A stretch of DNA of 64,000 nucleotides from Camelus dromedarius (GCF_036321535.1 NC_087437.1:54810001-54874000); one strand, 5' to 3'; numbered from the stretch's first letter, positions 39,001 to 52,635 are shown. Numbers and translations are program-made. Notes: a model not told the origin generated them from the sequence alone.

Positions 39001-39939
39001 CCACTACTATTTTGGAAACTCCTGTATGAAAACACAGCAACCCAACCTGTCCCCACTGAGCCTTGTGGGTGATTTCCGTGCCGTGCTGCCCAATGTCTGT
39101 AAACTGAGGTTCACTTTTGTTAAACAAAACTGGGTTTGTTGCCTTTCTGTAGGCTTGTTGCTAAGTCAGGTCATTTCTGATGTGATGGCAGGAACGCTGC
39201 CGTCCGAGTGCCAACGGTGGTCTTGGAGAACTGGGTTCTGATGCTGACCTGTCAAGGCTGTATCACCTTTGCCAAATCTTTCCTAAGTCTAGTTTCCTTG
39301 AGGAGATAGTAGACATTTATAACCTTCAGATTCCTTCAAATTCTAATACTCTGTGATTCTCTAAAGAATAATGCATATTTTAATGATGTACAAATAAGTC
39401 AACTTTATTTCTTCCTTCTCAGTATTTCCTTTGTGCCTGAGATCACTCTTTTCAGACTGTCTCAAAAGTGGCCACGTTTTAACTTCCACCCTTAACAGGC
39501 AAATTTTCACAATGAGAAACCCTTATAGGACTTGGGGGTTTCCTGAGAGAAGGGTTCTTACCCTTTTATTCATCTTTTTTTTGTCTTTTACTGGCTTCTG
39601 AGAAGCAATAATAGACTGGAATGGCATGGTTGGTTCTATTATGTTAGTAAATTATAACCAAAAACTACTGAACCAGGCTCACCACATTTCCTGTTACCTA
39701 CAGCTATGAAACCTGAAATGCATAAATGAACTCAGAATATTTTTAAAAATTGAATTGAGTTACAAAATCCTCTATCATACTTAAACACTTCTTGGATAAA
39801 TAGCTAAGGGTTTGGCTTCACAAAGTTGGTGGAAGAATAGAAAATGTGAAACAGGTATTATTTAGCCAATTGCTGCCCTTCATGTTTCATTTTATTAACT
39901 ATCTCTCATAGAATTTATCAATAATGCATTATTGAGATA

Positions 39940-40610
39940 ATTTTATTCATTGAATAATACACATGGTGTATATGTTTGCTGAACACTAAGGATATCGTTT
40001 TGGACGAGAAAGACAAAGTCTTTGCGCGTATGAAGCTTAGAGGGGATGAGAACATTGAAGAAGGAATTGCAAAACAGTAGACAGGAGTTATCACAAGAGA
40101 AGGACAGTCTCTTAAGGGAACACAATGATGGACACTGTACCTAGACAAGGAGACTTGGGGCTGGCTTTGAAACCTGAAGGCTGTGTATTAGTTAGGAGTC
40201 AGGAGACGGAGCATGTTGAAAAGTGTTCATGTCGGGTAACTGCAGGAAGACTGGGGCGCAGTGTCTCAGGGGAGGGAAGGAAGAGAGGAGGCTAGAAGGC
40301 GAAGTGATGGTTCTATCAGGAAAAATATTTGAACTTCATCCTAAGAGCAATGAGAACCTTTGGGAGATTTTAATAAAAGATTGAGTTGGGCTTTAGAAAT
40401 ATTCTCATTGCCGCATAGAGAATTTACTGGTGAACAGTAAGAGGTCATTAAAAATAACGTATATCAACATATGTGTATGTGTGTGCTCTCCCTCTCTCTA
40501 TATATATTGCAGTAAACTAAGGCACTAATGATAGTGGACAGAACTAGGGTTTTAATAAGTTGACAGTGAGACTAAGAAGATTAAAGGTAATTAGGAGACA
40601 GAATCGACAA
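39940..40610 (-). mobile_element. L2 fragment
   Basis: Begins ttattcattgaataa and contains gacaaagtctttgc, tttgaacttcatcctaagagcaatgagaac and gggctttagaaatattctc. Confidence 0.65.
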
Positions 40611-42573
40611 CCTTTACAATACCAAGGGGAGAAAAAATAGTATGGCCATGTTTATAACGGCCAATCATATTACCATACACAACGCTTCGAAATACCTACT
40701 AATCGTAATGTGTTCCTGGTTTATAGAAGTTTTATCTGTATGCGTATGCACTCTTATTTTCCTTTACTTTGTAGGCTGTTATTTCTGATACATACTCCGT
40801 TGCTCACCAGCTGTGTAACATTCCATCAGATCAATGCACTGTGATTTTTCTCAACCATTCTTTAATATTATTTTTAAACACACAATCAACACAGGTTATG
40901 GGCATTTTAATGGCTCATCATTGCCAGTTCACCCACCAAAGGATTATTCCAACTCCCAGTGCTACCAGTCATGTAACAAGGCACTTGTACTATCATGTTC
41001 TCACAGAGACTGTTTTATCATTTCCTGAGTCGTTGGTTCATCTCCAGGTGCTTTTAACTACCCCCTGGCCTGACTGTAGAAAAGTACATTGGCCCTTGAG
41101 GGGATGGCTCAGTGTGAGGGCGCTTGCTGTGGAAATAGGCTTCTTTGTCACTGCATCCCTAGGTGATAGAACACACTCAGGTTGAATTAACCCTCTTCAC
41201 AATGCATTTCATCCAGTGCCAGCCTCATGCGTGCTAGGGACTAAGTGTTCTGGGCTGTATGGGTGTTTACATAAATGGGAGCCTCGGAGACCTCCCCAGT
41301 TCGAAACTGTTGACATACCATCTCATTGGATGGTTACTGAGGGAAAAAACACTCCTTCAGATACTGGCTTTCTTGGTTTTCACATGATGGCGTGCTAGCT
41401 TTATGAGCATATGGGTGCAGGGCCCCACCTGGATCCTTGGTTCTCTGTTTACTAGTTATGGATTAAGAAATGAGGATGTAAGGCAGCAGCTTGGTGCTCG
41501 CAATTGCCTTGACCTTATTTGTGGGAAAACAAGGTGACATACTGGCATCCACGACTTCAGGAGTCCCGGGAGCCACTTGTCTTCAAAGTGTCTTACCTCC
41601 ATTCAGAATGTTGTGAACATTAATTAAGTGGAGAAGTTTGTGAGACAAAAAGTGCTTTGGAGAACTACGCCAGGCCACACTGCTTTTGCAACGTCAGTCT
41701 CCAGAGGGCATGAGGAATGCCCCTCGCTAGGTGGTGTGGGTACTGGCGGAGCGCCGCACTGTGAAGTGAACGAGTGCTGATACGCTGCGCGGAAGGGAGA
41801 CGTCTTTGTCTGCACCTCTCTGGCAGGAACTCTTTGGGGTGCTTGTCAGATGTATGTGTGTAGTTTAGATGTCCATCAGTAATGGAAAATCAGTGTAATA
41901 GTAGTGTCCTTGCGCTGGCAGCAGTATTTTGAACTCAGTGGCACCAATTAAAATCCTGTGGTTTTAATTTCAAAGGTAATCTTTGACATCATTTTAACCT
42001 CTGTTTTCATCTACCATTCATGAGATAACTTTTTTCTTTAATGTAGAAAATACAGAAACATATGAAGATGAAAACAAAAATTTCTGTTAATTGTATCAGT
42101 TGATGCAATTTTTAACCCTTTAAAAGTATTTTTAAATCATTTTACCATATCCCTTTCTTTTTTTCTATGTACACACACACACAAATTGGGATACGATGCT
42201 ACAATATTGTTTTTGGTATGTATTAATTTTTAAAAATAATTTATTATTTTATATACATTATTTAAAAATATATTTACATATGTGTATGTATGCATATATA
42301 CATACATCAGAGGAAGATTACATATGTCTTTCTCCAATTAAAAAAGTAATACGTGACTGTGTTAGACACTTTGCAAAGTAGGAAAAGTATATACTCCAAA
42401 GTCACACCCTTAAAATAACCATGATTATCAGTTTGAGAATAAGTCCTTCTAGCTCTGTAAGTACGTATGTGTGTATGAGAGATATAGATAGAATGCATTT
42501 ATTGATTAACAGACATAAAATTATATTCCCTAACCTGAATTTAAAATACATAAAATTGTTGATTTTTATTTCT

Positions 42574-42625
42574 CTTCCTTCCTTCCTTCCTTCCTTCCTT
42601 CCTTCCTTCCTTCCTTCCTTCCTTC
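42574..42625. repeat. (CTTC)13 tetranucleotide repeat
   Basis: A perfect array at the tail position of the adjacent antisense L1. Confidence 0.95.
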
Positions 42626-42629
42626 GCAA

Positions 42630-43150
42630 AGTAAGATATATATAACAAAATTCACCACCTTAACCATTTAAAAAAATATATGTAAGTGACATTAAGTACA
42701 TTCACTTCATTGTGCCATCATCACCACCATCCATCTCAAGAACTTTCCTTTTTAATTTTCTCAAACTGAAAATCTATATTTATCAAATAACTACTCCCCA
42801 TCTCTCCCTCCCCTGACCACCTTGGTAACCACATTTTACTTTGTCTTCATGTATCTGATTGCTCTTAAGTACCTTATATTATCAGAATCAGTATATGTCC
42901 TTTTGTAACTGGCTTAATTCATCTTAGCATAATGTTTTCGTGGTTCATCTGTGCTTTAGCGTGTGTCAGAATTTCTTATTTTAGGCTGAATATTACAACG
43001 TTGTGTATTTGTACTGTAGGTTGTTTATTCATTCATCTGTCAGGCGTTGTGAACAATGCTGTGTGAACGCGAGTGTACAGATGCTTGTTAGAGCCCCTTC
43101 CTGCCTTGGTTCTCTGGGGCACATATCCAGAAGTGGGATCGCTAGACTGA
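42630..43150 (-). mobile_element. L1M (L1MA/L1MB-like) 3' end fragment
   Basis: Motifs aaaattcaccaccttaaccattt, gacattaagtacattcac, tcaccaccatccatctcaagaac, cttagcataatgttttc and ccagaagtgggatcgctag. It is preceded by a (CTTC)n tail-derived repeat. Confidence 0.85.
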
Positions 43151-43376
43151 TGATATGTTTTGAAACATGTTAATGATAATAGTTTCTATTTGTTGCGTAG
43201 TATTCTGTCATATGAGTGTACTGTCATTTATTTAGCAGCCCCCATGCATTGATTATTTAAATTGCTTATATTTTATTTTTATGAATTTACTTTGCCATGA
43301 ACATTTTTTGAAACTAAAGATTTATACCATCTGTGGTTATTTCCTTTGGTTAAATTCCTAGAAATAAAAGGTATGA

Positions 43377-43508
43377 GGGGGCAGGTGTAGCTCAAGCGGT
43401 AGAGCACAAAGTTAGCATGTGTGAGGTCCTGGGTTCAATCTCTGGTATCTCCTCTAAAAATAAATAGACCTAATTACCTCTCCTCCACCAAAAAAAAAAA
43501 AAAAAAAA
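43377..43508 (+). mobile_element. tRNA-derived SINE (camelid vic-1-like)
   Basis: G-run head, A box (TAGCTCAAGCGG), B box (GGTTCAATC), then AAATAAATAGACCTAAT, a C-rich stretch and a poly(A) tail ending at 43508. Homologous to the copy at about 30 kb. Confidence 0.85.
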
Positions 43509-45139
43509 TGGACTTTGTTAGGGCTTTTGTTACATATCACCAAATTAACCCACAAGTTGCCCATAAGAAGCTTATGGAAACAAATATTACCTTGGCGCCT
43601 AAGTCTAAGTTATATAAACATTATCCTTTGAAGACAATGGGGATAAACACCTCCCATCGCTCATAACCCCCAAACCAGTTATGGGTCCCTATTCTACTTT
43701 AACAACAGTACCTAAAATGTGGTTCTTAATTCTGGTTTCAACAAAAAAAATCATTTGTTTCTTCCCTTTTTCATTTCCATATTTCATTCTCCAAGTGGAT
43801 AAGTCTAAAATCACTTGTATCTAAGAAGTTCTAAATGAAAGATACTTTGTATTTTAAAAGACCTTAATGATTTTTTTTGTGCAGTCAGACTGAAAAAATA
43901 CTTCTTTAAATGTGTAGTAGTATATTCCTATATTGTACTCTTAGTCTGTGGGGTTGTTTCCTAGCTCGTGGGGTCAGCTATCAGGTGGACACTGTGTGTC
44001 CCAAATGAGTGAGGAATGGAGCTGTGTGTATTAAATCCTGAATTATGCAAGATAATCAGTGAGGGTTCGAACTCAAGAAAGCAAAATTAAGTTATTCCTC
44101 TGTTACGGACTTGGAGAAAATGATGAATTTTTATTGAGCAAAAACCAAGTAGCAAATAATGTATGGCATTATGACTGAAATAGATAAGCCGTATTTTCAC
44201 TTTTTCACACTGTACAAACCCACACACCAAGTGTGTCCATTCATTTATCCAACTGTAAGTTAAGTGTATCCTGGTGTGAATCCTTAGTGATGAGATCAAG
44301 CTCTTTCTGGACATTAAAACTCATTGCAGATATTCAGAATTTACTCTTGGAATCACTGGATTCTGAATGCCATTACGTCTTCTGTTGTAGAGGAAGAGTA
44401 TTAAAAGAGCAAGAAATATATGGGTGTGTTCTCCTCAGTCCTGTGCCTGATCCAGTGAAGCTCTTCATTTTTAGAATCTGGGTTATAGGAAGACTCTTAT
44501 TTGAGGGAAAAAACGACTACTCATTTAAAGAGGAGAAGGAGAAAAGAACAGTACTCCTAGGTCTTCTTTTTTGTTCAGATGAGGAGTCAGTCTGGGGAAG
44601 TAGTGTGAAGTTTTCAGTGTCGCTCAGCTCTAAACAGTGGCAAAGCTGGATTTCCCCACCCCGGAGTTCCACCGCATGACCCTTGAATTTAATTGATCAT
44701 CCTCCCTGGTGCTATTTCTACTTGTCAGTGTTCTTAACTTAGAATGGAAGTTGCTAAAAGCACCTCATACACTACAGCTGGCCGGCAGACATCCTTCGTT
44801 TGGCTTCCTGGTGTTTGCAAAAAAAAAAAAAAAAAAAAAAGAGCAAAGCTTTAAAGTCAGAAGAGGAACATCGGATCAATTTTTCACACAGTAATCAGCT
44901 GGCAGAGAGTAGCAGCCGCCTTAGAGTATGACTTTTGTTTCATGCAGTTCACGTCACTCTATTGTTTTCCAGATAATGATGCCGAGTATCACTGGCTGTC
45001 TGTTGCCCCATTTACTCCTTTATTTTTCTTCTAGGAGAGAAATATTTTCCTGAACCCACGTAGACTGCGAGGGCCTCTTGTTGGACTTTTTCTCCCCCAT
45101 CACAAGTAGTCTGTTTCGCTTTGTCTTTACCTTAGTGAG

Positions 45140-45385
45140 GTAGAATGGTTTCTGAAACTTCAAACTGCAGAAGTAGGCTACCTGGATTGAATCCTGGATC
45201 TGCCGCCTGCTGGCTGTGTAACCTTGGGCAATTACTTAATTTCTCTATGCTTCAGTATCTTCATCTGGAAAATGAGGATAGATAATAGTTTCCATCTAAA
45301 GGGTATTTGTGAGTATTAAATATAAACTATGTTGAACACAAAATGTTTACACAAAGTAAATGATGCATAAATGTTTGCTATTACC
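45140..45385 (+). mobile_element. Near full-length MIR
   Basis: cctggattgaatcctggatctgcc...ctgtgtaaccttgggcaattacttaatttctctatgcttcagtatcttcatctggaaaatgaggata...ataaatgtttgctatta. Confidence 0.85.
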
Positions 45386-46484
45386 GTACTTTTTTTTTTT
45401 TTTTTTGGATACCAGTAGGTATTTTAGTTTGTTTTTCCTGCCACAAAGATACACAGACAAAATAGATAACTACAGGTGACAAATGGTGATCGATCAGGTC
45501 TTGTTCAAGTAACTTAAAACAATTGTCATGAAAATAAAATTGAAGTTGAAATATTCATAATGCTTCCTTCTACCAAGTCAATCATCTCTCTTTCCATAGT
45601 TTGTCTAGTCCTTGTCCATATGGAAATACCATTCTGTGTAGCCTCAACTGTATTGCGCATATGATTGATGTCACATTCTGTGTTTTTCACTTAACGTTTA
45701 TATTTTCATTTAACATCTTAAGCATATTTTCATGGCTTTATAAATAGCTGGAATCAAAATGCAGTGAAGGGGCTTTGAGTTTTATGTTGTTGTTTCTATG
45801 TTAGGCTTCAGCTTTTGTATATTTTCTTCCTTTCTGTTACCTTAGAGAGTTTCCTTTCTAAATTGAAATCATTTTTGCTCATTACAGAAAATTTTGTCCA
45901 AAAAATTAAACTAAGAATTCTCTGAGTATAGTGACTCCGATTCCCTTTGTCTTATTGTGGTTTTAGCAGCTAGCTTAGTGCCTGACACATAGCAGACGTC
46001 TAGTAAATTTTTATCGACTAAATAATTTGAATTTATTAAATTTGGGTGTTTGGGGTATTGTAATTATTTGATAGTTAATTCGAAACGTATTTCTTTTCAC
46101 TACATGTTGTTAAAGATTATTTTAAAATGCATTAGTCTCCTTTCATGGTATGTTTATTTAAAATTTGTTTCTTGACTATTTCTGTAAGAGATTTGAGCCA
46201 GCATCATGTAGAACTTACATATACAATCTGGCCATTAAGATGAAAATAAGCATCTCAAATGCTTCTTTGCAAGATAGTAGTATTAATAAATTCAAAAAGT
46301 AAAGTTCTTAAACTATTTAGAGGGAGGGAGAGACTAATTAGATTACTGTAATTAAGTATGCATTATATATATCACAGATTCCTTGATTGGCAAGTAGTAA
46401 GAGAAATGAAGGAGCTCATATTTTGCATATTTGGTTGTAATCTGATAAGAGAAATGCATTTTGGTGGGGAGACCATTACTTGTC

Positions 46485-47460
46485 CATTCAAATGTTTGTT
46501 AAATGCCTGCTATGTACTATGACAAGAAAAAGCCAGTGGAAAAGCAATAGTGAATAAAACGGACAGTCCCTAACCCTGTGAACACAGACATGTACAAGTG
46601 TGATGTGTGCAGAAGGGGAGGGGGGAGAGTGCTCGCTGTGCCAGAGGACTTGGGCAGTGTCCGCTGAGGATCCTGACACTCAGGCTGAGATTTCAGGGGT
46701 TCTTAGGAATTAGCTAGACATAGTGTCCTGAGAGAGCTGGGAGAGCATAGAGGTGTAATCCACGAGATGGGAGAGAGCCTAGCACATTGCATGTGAAAGA
46801 AAGTGAGCGTCACGAAGTGACATGGCACATGCCTCTTAAGGAGAGGCAGAAGAATTTGAGTCCAAATCACTCCACTGAATAATTGAAGACTTTTAAGCAG
46901 GAAAGTAGTGTGATAGGATCTGCATTTGAGAGAAATAACTCTTTCTACAGAATGAAGGATTCATTGAAGGGGAACAAAGACAGACACTGGGAGACCAGTT
47001 TGGATGCTGTTGGGTAACCCTTGGTGAGAGTGGTGCTATCTTGGAATTGAGCTACAGCCAAGGAAATGGTGAAATGTGGACATACTTGAGGGTTATAGAA
47101 TTTTGTACTTGGGGAATAGGATTGACAGGGTTTAGTGCTTGAATGGGATGTGAAGGAGAGGCTCAAGAATGACTCCTAGTGTTCTCATTTGAACAACACT
47201 GGGATGGATGAGAAAATCAGATGAAAAGCATGAAAAGCAGATTCAAGAAAGATGATAAAATGGTTTTTAACATCTTGAGCCTGAAAAGCGTATGAGGCAG
47301 TCAAGTAAACACATGAAATAATTGAATATTTGGGTCTAGCATTTTGAATACAGATGGATTCTAGAGATAGAAATTCAAAAGAGTCTTCATAACATAGGAG
47401 GTATTTCAAGTTGTGGGCATGGTCCTAGAGAGAGTTAATGAAGAGAGAGGAGAGGAGGTC
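46485..47460 (-). mobile_element. L2 fragment
   Basis: Begins cattcaaatgtttgttaaatgcctgctatg and contains ttttaagcaggaaagtagtgtgatagg and tcaagaatgactcctag. Confidence 0.75.
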
Positions 47461-47884
47461 CAGTGTCAGATAAAGAGGATCATTATTCAGGGGCCACTGG
47501 GCAATATGTTGACTCATGTTGTCAGGAGCACTTTTATAGAAAGATCAGAGAAGTACTTCTGACAGAAAGCTAGAAAGAGCCCGAGTCCCTGCTGTCAGTG
47601 CTGAGCAGACACAGTGGCTCTTGGCTGCCCTTTCTGTTACAAAAGACAAATCTCTATCTGTTTCAGACCATGATAATTTGATTTTCTGAAGTTTAAAGTT
47701 TAACTTCTTCCCAACTTGTAAAGCATGCAAGTCAATTATTAAAACACCGTTAAGGTAGTTGTGCTAATGGAGGCATGTACAAGGCTCACTGGGAGTATAA
47801 CTGAAGGGCCATTAAAAAAAAAAAACAAAAAACTTAAAGTCCTTCCAGGGGATTGTAATGTATGTTTATTTTTTTTTATTTCCC

Positions 47885-48560
47885 CATTAATTATTTGCTA
47901 AGCGTCTTCAGCATGTAAACTTCAGTGAGGTTAATGGGAGGAGGACAGTGTCCTAGGATGTCTCACTGTCCCCAAGGAGTTTATAGTCTGGTTGAGGGGT
48001 TAATACATAATAACAATTTAATGGATGTTTCCAGAGTTCCAGAAAGACATAAAAGAAGAGGCACCATTTGATCTGAGGCTCGAAGAATCGGGAGGCAACT
48101 GCCAGGCAGAAGATGGCTATGTCTGAGCAGCAGGGGAGAAACATGGTGGAGAATCCTATAGAATGAATCCTCACTGACAGGAGTCCACACACGTGTGTGG
48201 TCTACTCCAGTCTCTACATAAGCCTGACATTGTTGGAGTGTATGCTGTGCGTGATGGAGGAAAGAAGGAGGTGGCTGGACAAAAGGCAGGGCCTGGATTA
48301 GAAGGTCCTTATAAAGCATATGAGAGAGAGAGAGAATGAACAATATCATAAAAAGAGTTCAGCACAGGGCAGAGTCATTGGCAAATCTGGATCAGCAGAG
48401 CGCCGTTATCAGACACTTGTGTTAGAGAGATCACTGTGACAGGGTTGAGGAGGAGATATGGGAGAGGAGTGAGGTTAGATAATGGCAATAAACAGCTAGG
48501 GAAGTGATGATGAGGGCCAGAACCAGGGAGAAAGTGAGACTGGGGTAAAGTACAGGGATG
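47885..48560 (-). mobile_element. L2 fragment
   Basis: Motifs ttatttgctaagcgtc, aaggagtttatagtct, ggcagggcctggattagaaggtccttataaagc and agagatcactgtgacagg. Confidence 0.65.
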
Positions 48561-49559
48561 TGAGAAATAATCAGGGCATGGTAGTAGGTTAGGCTGGGGG
48601 GGGGGTGTATATGTGAGCATGCGGGTGTGTTCAGGGAATGGGTGCATCAGAGGTAAGACAGATAGAGGAATGTAAGATGTTATCCTGCCTTGGGCAAAAA
48701 GGAGGCTGAGGACCTGCTCCCAACTGAGGAGAAGTGGTGCTGTCATAGCTCCCTGTCTGTTCCTGTCTCATGGCCACAGACGGTTCTGCCTGGTGATGGG
48801 GACATCTCTTCAACAGCTATTGATTGTTATCAGCCCCTCGACCAGAATACAAACTCCTGGGGGACAGGTAGACACACACTATTCATCCTAGGACACTGTC
48901 CTCCCATTACTAACCTCGCTGAGCTTTACATGCTGAAGATGCTTGGAAAATAATTAATGGAAAAATAAAAACATAAAAAGACTGCTACAGAGATTCAAGT
49001 CTCAGGACAAAAAATATATATATACATATATATGTATATCCCTGTAAGTATAATTTTTAAAATGTGCTTGATTTTTAAAATGAAAATGTTAAATCATGAT
49101 AAAGCTTCAAGAGCTCTTGCAAAAACAAGAAAAGAAATGAAATGCCAAAAATAAATATTTGGAAGTGCCAACTAATCCGTAAGTAGAAAAGATTTGCTGT
49201 GTATTTAGCTGAATGTGCGGGCCAGGAAGTGTCGCCATAGCTTTCTTTTACCACGAAGAACATAAATAAATGTGCCTTAACGTCATTCCTGTGCTTTACC
49301 CCGTCCACCTCCAGTGAGGTAAAGAATTTCAAGTCACAGAGCTGAGGGGGGAGAGGGGAGGAAGACATAGCTAAACGTGCTATTTTCACACATGTAATTA
49401 TGAAATAGAAAATACTCAGAAACATGCTGGCACAGACAGAGCAGAATTCATAATGAAGCTGTGAGAAACCCTCTCACGTAGTGGGATGTTTCCTAGACGA
49501 AAGCACTGGCTCCTGAAACTGCACCCTGATGCCTCCTTTCAAAGACTTTAGGGATGTTT

Positions 49560-49561
<2 letters not shown>

Positions 49562-49597
<36 letters not shown>
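49562..49597. repeat. (GT)18 microsatellite
   Basis: Read directly from the sequence. Confidence 0.95.
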
Positions 49598-49598
<1 letters not shown>

Positions 49599-50348
49599 TG
49601 TTCACCAACAGAGAAAAAGTGAAAGAGAAGTGTGTTGAAAAAAGTTACTTCTAAGGAATTAGGTCTACACTGATTATTTTTTGTTTACTTTATGAATGTG
49701 ATTGGTTTTCATCTTTAAAGTGTGAGACTTTTGAAGTGTCTGGGGGCAGACTTCTGTACAGCTGCGCAGTGTGCCTGTCGTGAGTCCAGTTGCTCAGTCA
49801 CTGTCTCCATTTATAGTTGGGTTTGTAAAGTGTTCAAAATAGGAACTCTGGGTTTCTGCTGATCTTGAGTCATCAAAGAAAAGCAAAGCTTTATTCCTTC
49901 TTACATTCAATTCCATCTATGCTGACATTTTTTAGGACTGACATGGCTAACTAGAAAAATCTAACTTTACATTTTTTTCTAGGTTCAAACTAACTCTTCC
50001 ATATTATCTAATACAGAATGTCAGGGTCTGACTGAGTATTTATTTAGGAATTTCTTCAGGATATATATTTTAACACACTGCTTAATGTGGAAACTGCATC
50101 TCCTTCTATGGGGTACTGTTGGGACCACCTTCACATAGAAGAGAAAGGCTACTCCACCAGGAAAAGAATACAGGTTGCTTAAATTGCAAAAGTAAATGGC
50201 AAGATTGCCTCCTGAGAGGCTACCAAAAAAGGAGGGGGGGGGGAGATAACTCTATTCAACAGCCTTCTGTAACTTAACAGAGAACTATATCTAAAATTAC
50301 AAAATCACTAGAAAAGGAAAATTGAGATAACTATGTGGAAAAGACAGC

Positions 50349-50700
50349 TGTCACAGTCAGGATCCTAACCAAAATGATAGCACACTGAAACTAGCTCTTC
50401 TCCAGGAGCTGATTTATAAATGCATTGTGTACGTTGTCCCACTTGGTTATAGAGAAACCATAAGGCACAAAGTGGTAATCTGGGACTAGCAGAGTCACTG
50501 CTGTTGTCTCACTTGGCTCAAGAGGACCCAGAGAAAGAGCAGTTGTTTGAATAGGAAGGACAGAGTATCATAGAGGAGAGATCCTGGAGAGGACCAGTGA
50601 CCCTCCTTGGCTGACAGCTGGAAACTTCAGTCAGGTTACCAGAAGACATGCAGCTCAAGGGTTTATTGGTGTCTCTTAACAGGGGAACTGTCATCATCTT
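50349..50700. mobile_element. Probable old LTR fragment (family uncertain)
   Basis: Starts tgtcacagtcaggatcctaacc...atagcacactgaaa, resembling old ERVL-class LTR termini. Confidence 0.4.
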
Positions 50701-50949
50701 GGGTTTGACAATGGTGTGTTTTTGCCCTCTACCCATTTAATGAGAGTAGCATCCCCTATGACAATAAAATATACCACCACTCATTTCCAAGCTCTCCCTG
50801 GTCACTAGATGGTTTCCTCTCCAGTTGAGAACCACTCTGTGTTAACCAGATGTCCCTGGGAATGATTTAATCTTTATCTCTGGATCAACCTAGATCAATA
50901 GAAAGCTATCCTCAGAAAGCCATATGCCTAGATCAATAGACTTGTGTAG

Positions 50950-51228
50950 GGGGTGGGGGCAGGATAGCTGCACCATCTCCAGCCTCGCAGCCACATCCCA
51001 CGCAGGAAAGAGGGCAGGGAAGGAGTAGGAAGGGATGATGCTATGTCAGGAGAGCCCTAGTTTTTCCAGTAATTCTTAGCGTACATCTCATTGGCCAGAA
51101 CTGTATCACATGGCAACTCCTACATACAAAGTAATCTTGGGAAGTATGGGCACATTGCTGACAAATTGAAATTCTTTGAGTAACAAAGAAGGGGAATTTG
51201 TATGAGAAAGAATTAGCACCTGCCCCAC
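50950..51228 (-). mobile_element. ERVL-MaLR LTR fragment (MLT1J-like)
   Basis: Diagnostic tacatctcattggccagaactgtatcacatggc, gggcacattgctg and gtaacaaagaagggg. Ends in ccccaca. Confidence 0.7.
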
Positions 51229-51899
51229 ATGTATATATCCCTAGGGGCTTGGTGTGAGTAAATGACACGAGTAATATAAAGTCTTGCATCCCTTCTTCCT
51301 ATACGTAGTAAAATTTGCCTGGAAATTAATAAACAACAGAATTAGAGTGTGGGTCACTCACTTTTTATATCAACAAATCTAATCATAGTAACTCAGAGCA
51401 AAATTAAAACACTGTGTCACCATCATGTTTACAGATTCCCTAATAGACTAATGCCTTAGAAAGAATGAATCTCTAAGCCTTTCCTCAGCCTTTAGTTATC
51501 CCCAGCCTAACCAAGACTTCTCAAAGTTCAGCAAATGTCTTTTCACCTTTGTGCCCTTAGGACATTTTTAGGGCTTTCAGTAAGTTCTGAATTGAACAAA
51601 TGAAATGTGACAGAAATCAGGAAGATATAAAGGAGGCAGCGGCTGCGTTTATCTTTGGTAAATCACTCTTTGATAGGAATTTTTGATTTAAAATTTAGCA
51701 TTTCTTTGGTTGTGCCAGGGGTATTTGTTTCTCTCAACACCCATCTTTGCTTTTTTTTGTTCCCTCTGCCCAGTCCCTCAGCTCTCTTTCTCTAGTACCT
51801 CCTTTTAGCAGTATGGTGACCAACTCTTTTGGTAGTTTGATTGAAATCACATTGTTCAATTTATCTATTTTCTTTTGGTGCTGGTACTTTATGTATATT

Positions 51900-52635
51900 A
51901 TAATGTCAATGCCAAATCCAATGTCATGAAGTTTTTCCTCTGTATTTTTGAATTATATAGTTTTGAGAGTTTTATAGTTCGTAGCTCTTACATTTAGAGC
52001 TAAAATTTTGGGTTACTTTGTATATGGTATAAAGTAATGGTCCAATTTCATTCTTTTTCATGTGAATGTCCAGTATTTCCAGCACCATTTGGTGAAAAGA
52101 CAATTCTTTCCTCATCAAATGATCTTGGCATCCAGATCAAAAGTCAAATGACCATGTATGCAAGCAAGGGTTTATTTATGGCTTTCTAGTCTATTCTATT
52201 GGTCTATGTTTATCTTTATGCAAATATGTTTTGATTATTTTAGCCCTGTAACAAATTTTGAAGTTGCATAGTGAGACCTCCTATCTTATTTTTCAAGATA
52301 GTTTTGGCTATTCAGAGACTCTAAGATTCCATATGGATTTTTTTCTTTTTGCAGGAAAGTGACATTGGGGTTTTGACAGGGATTGCATTAAATCTATAGA
52401 TTGCTCTGAGTAGGATTAACATCTTTATAATATCAAGTCTTCCAGTCCATGAACATGGGATGCCTTTCCATTTATTTTTGTCTTTTTTAATTTATTAGCA
52501 ACACTTTGTACTCTTTTGCTTCTTTGGTTAAGTTCATCCTAAGGTGTTCTTTTTTTTTATGTTATTGTAAATGGAATTGTTTCCTTAATTTCTTTTTTGG
52601 ATTTTTCATTGGTAGTATACAGAAATGCAACTGTC
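51900..52635 (-). mobile_element. Degraded L1 ORF2 fragment ending about 180 bp before the LPP acceptor
   Basis: Antisense L1 ORF2 motifs: gccaaatccaatgtcatgaag, ccagcaccatttggtgaaaagac, ttttgacagggattgcattaaatctataga, ccatgaacatgggatgcctttccattt, attgtaaatggaattg. Confidence 0.88.

Noticed and set aside
43381..43452. tRNA-like sequence
   Set aside because: It has no intact cloverleaf or acceptor stem, and it has a SINE tail with poly(A). It is a SINE head, not a tRNA gene.
46408..46430. AAGGAGCTCA resembles the 5' end of miR-28, which is hosted in an LPP intron
   Set aside because: The match ends after 10 nt (continues tattttgc rather than CAGTCTATTGAG), and there is no hairpin. I did not see miR-28 in this window.
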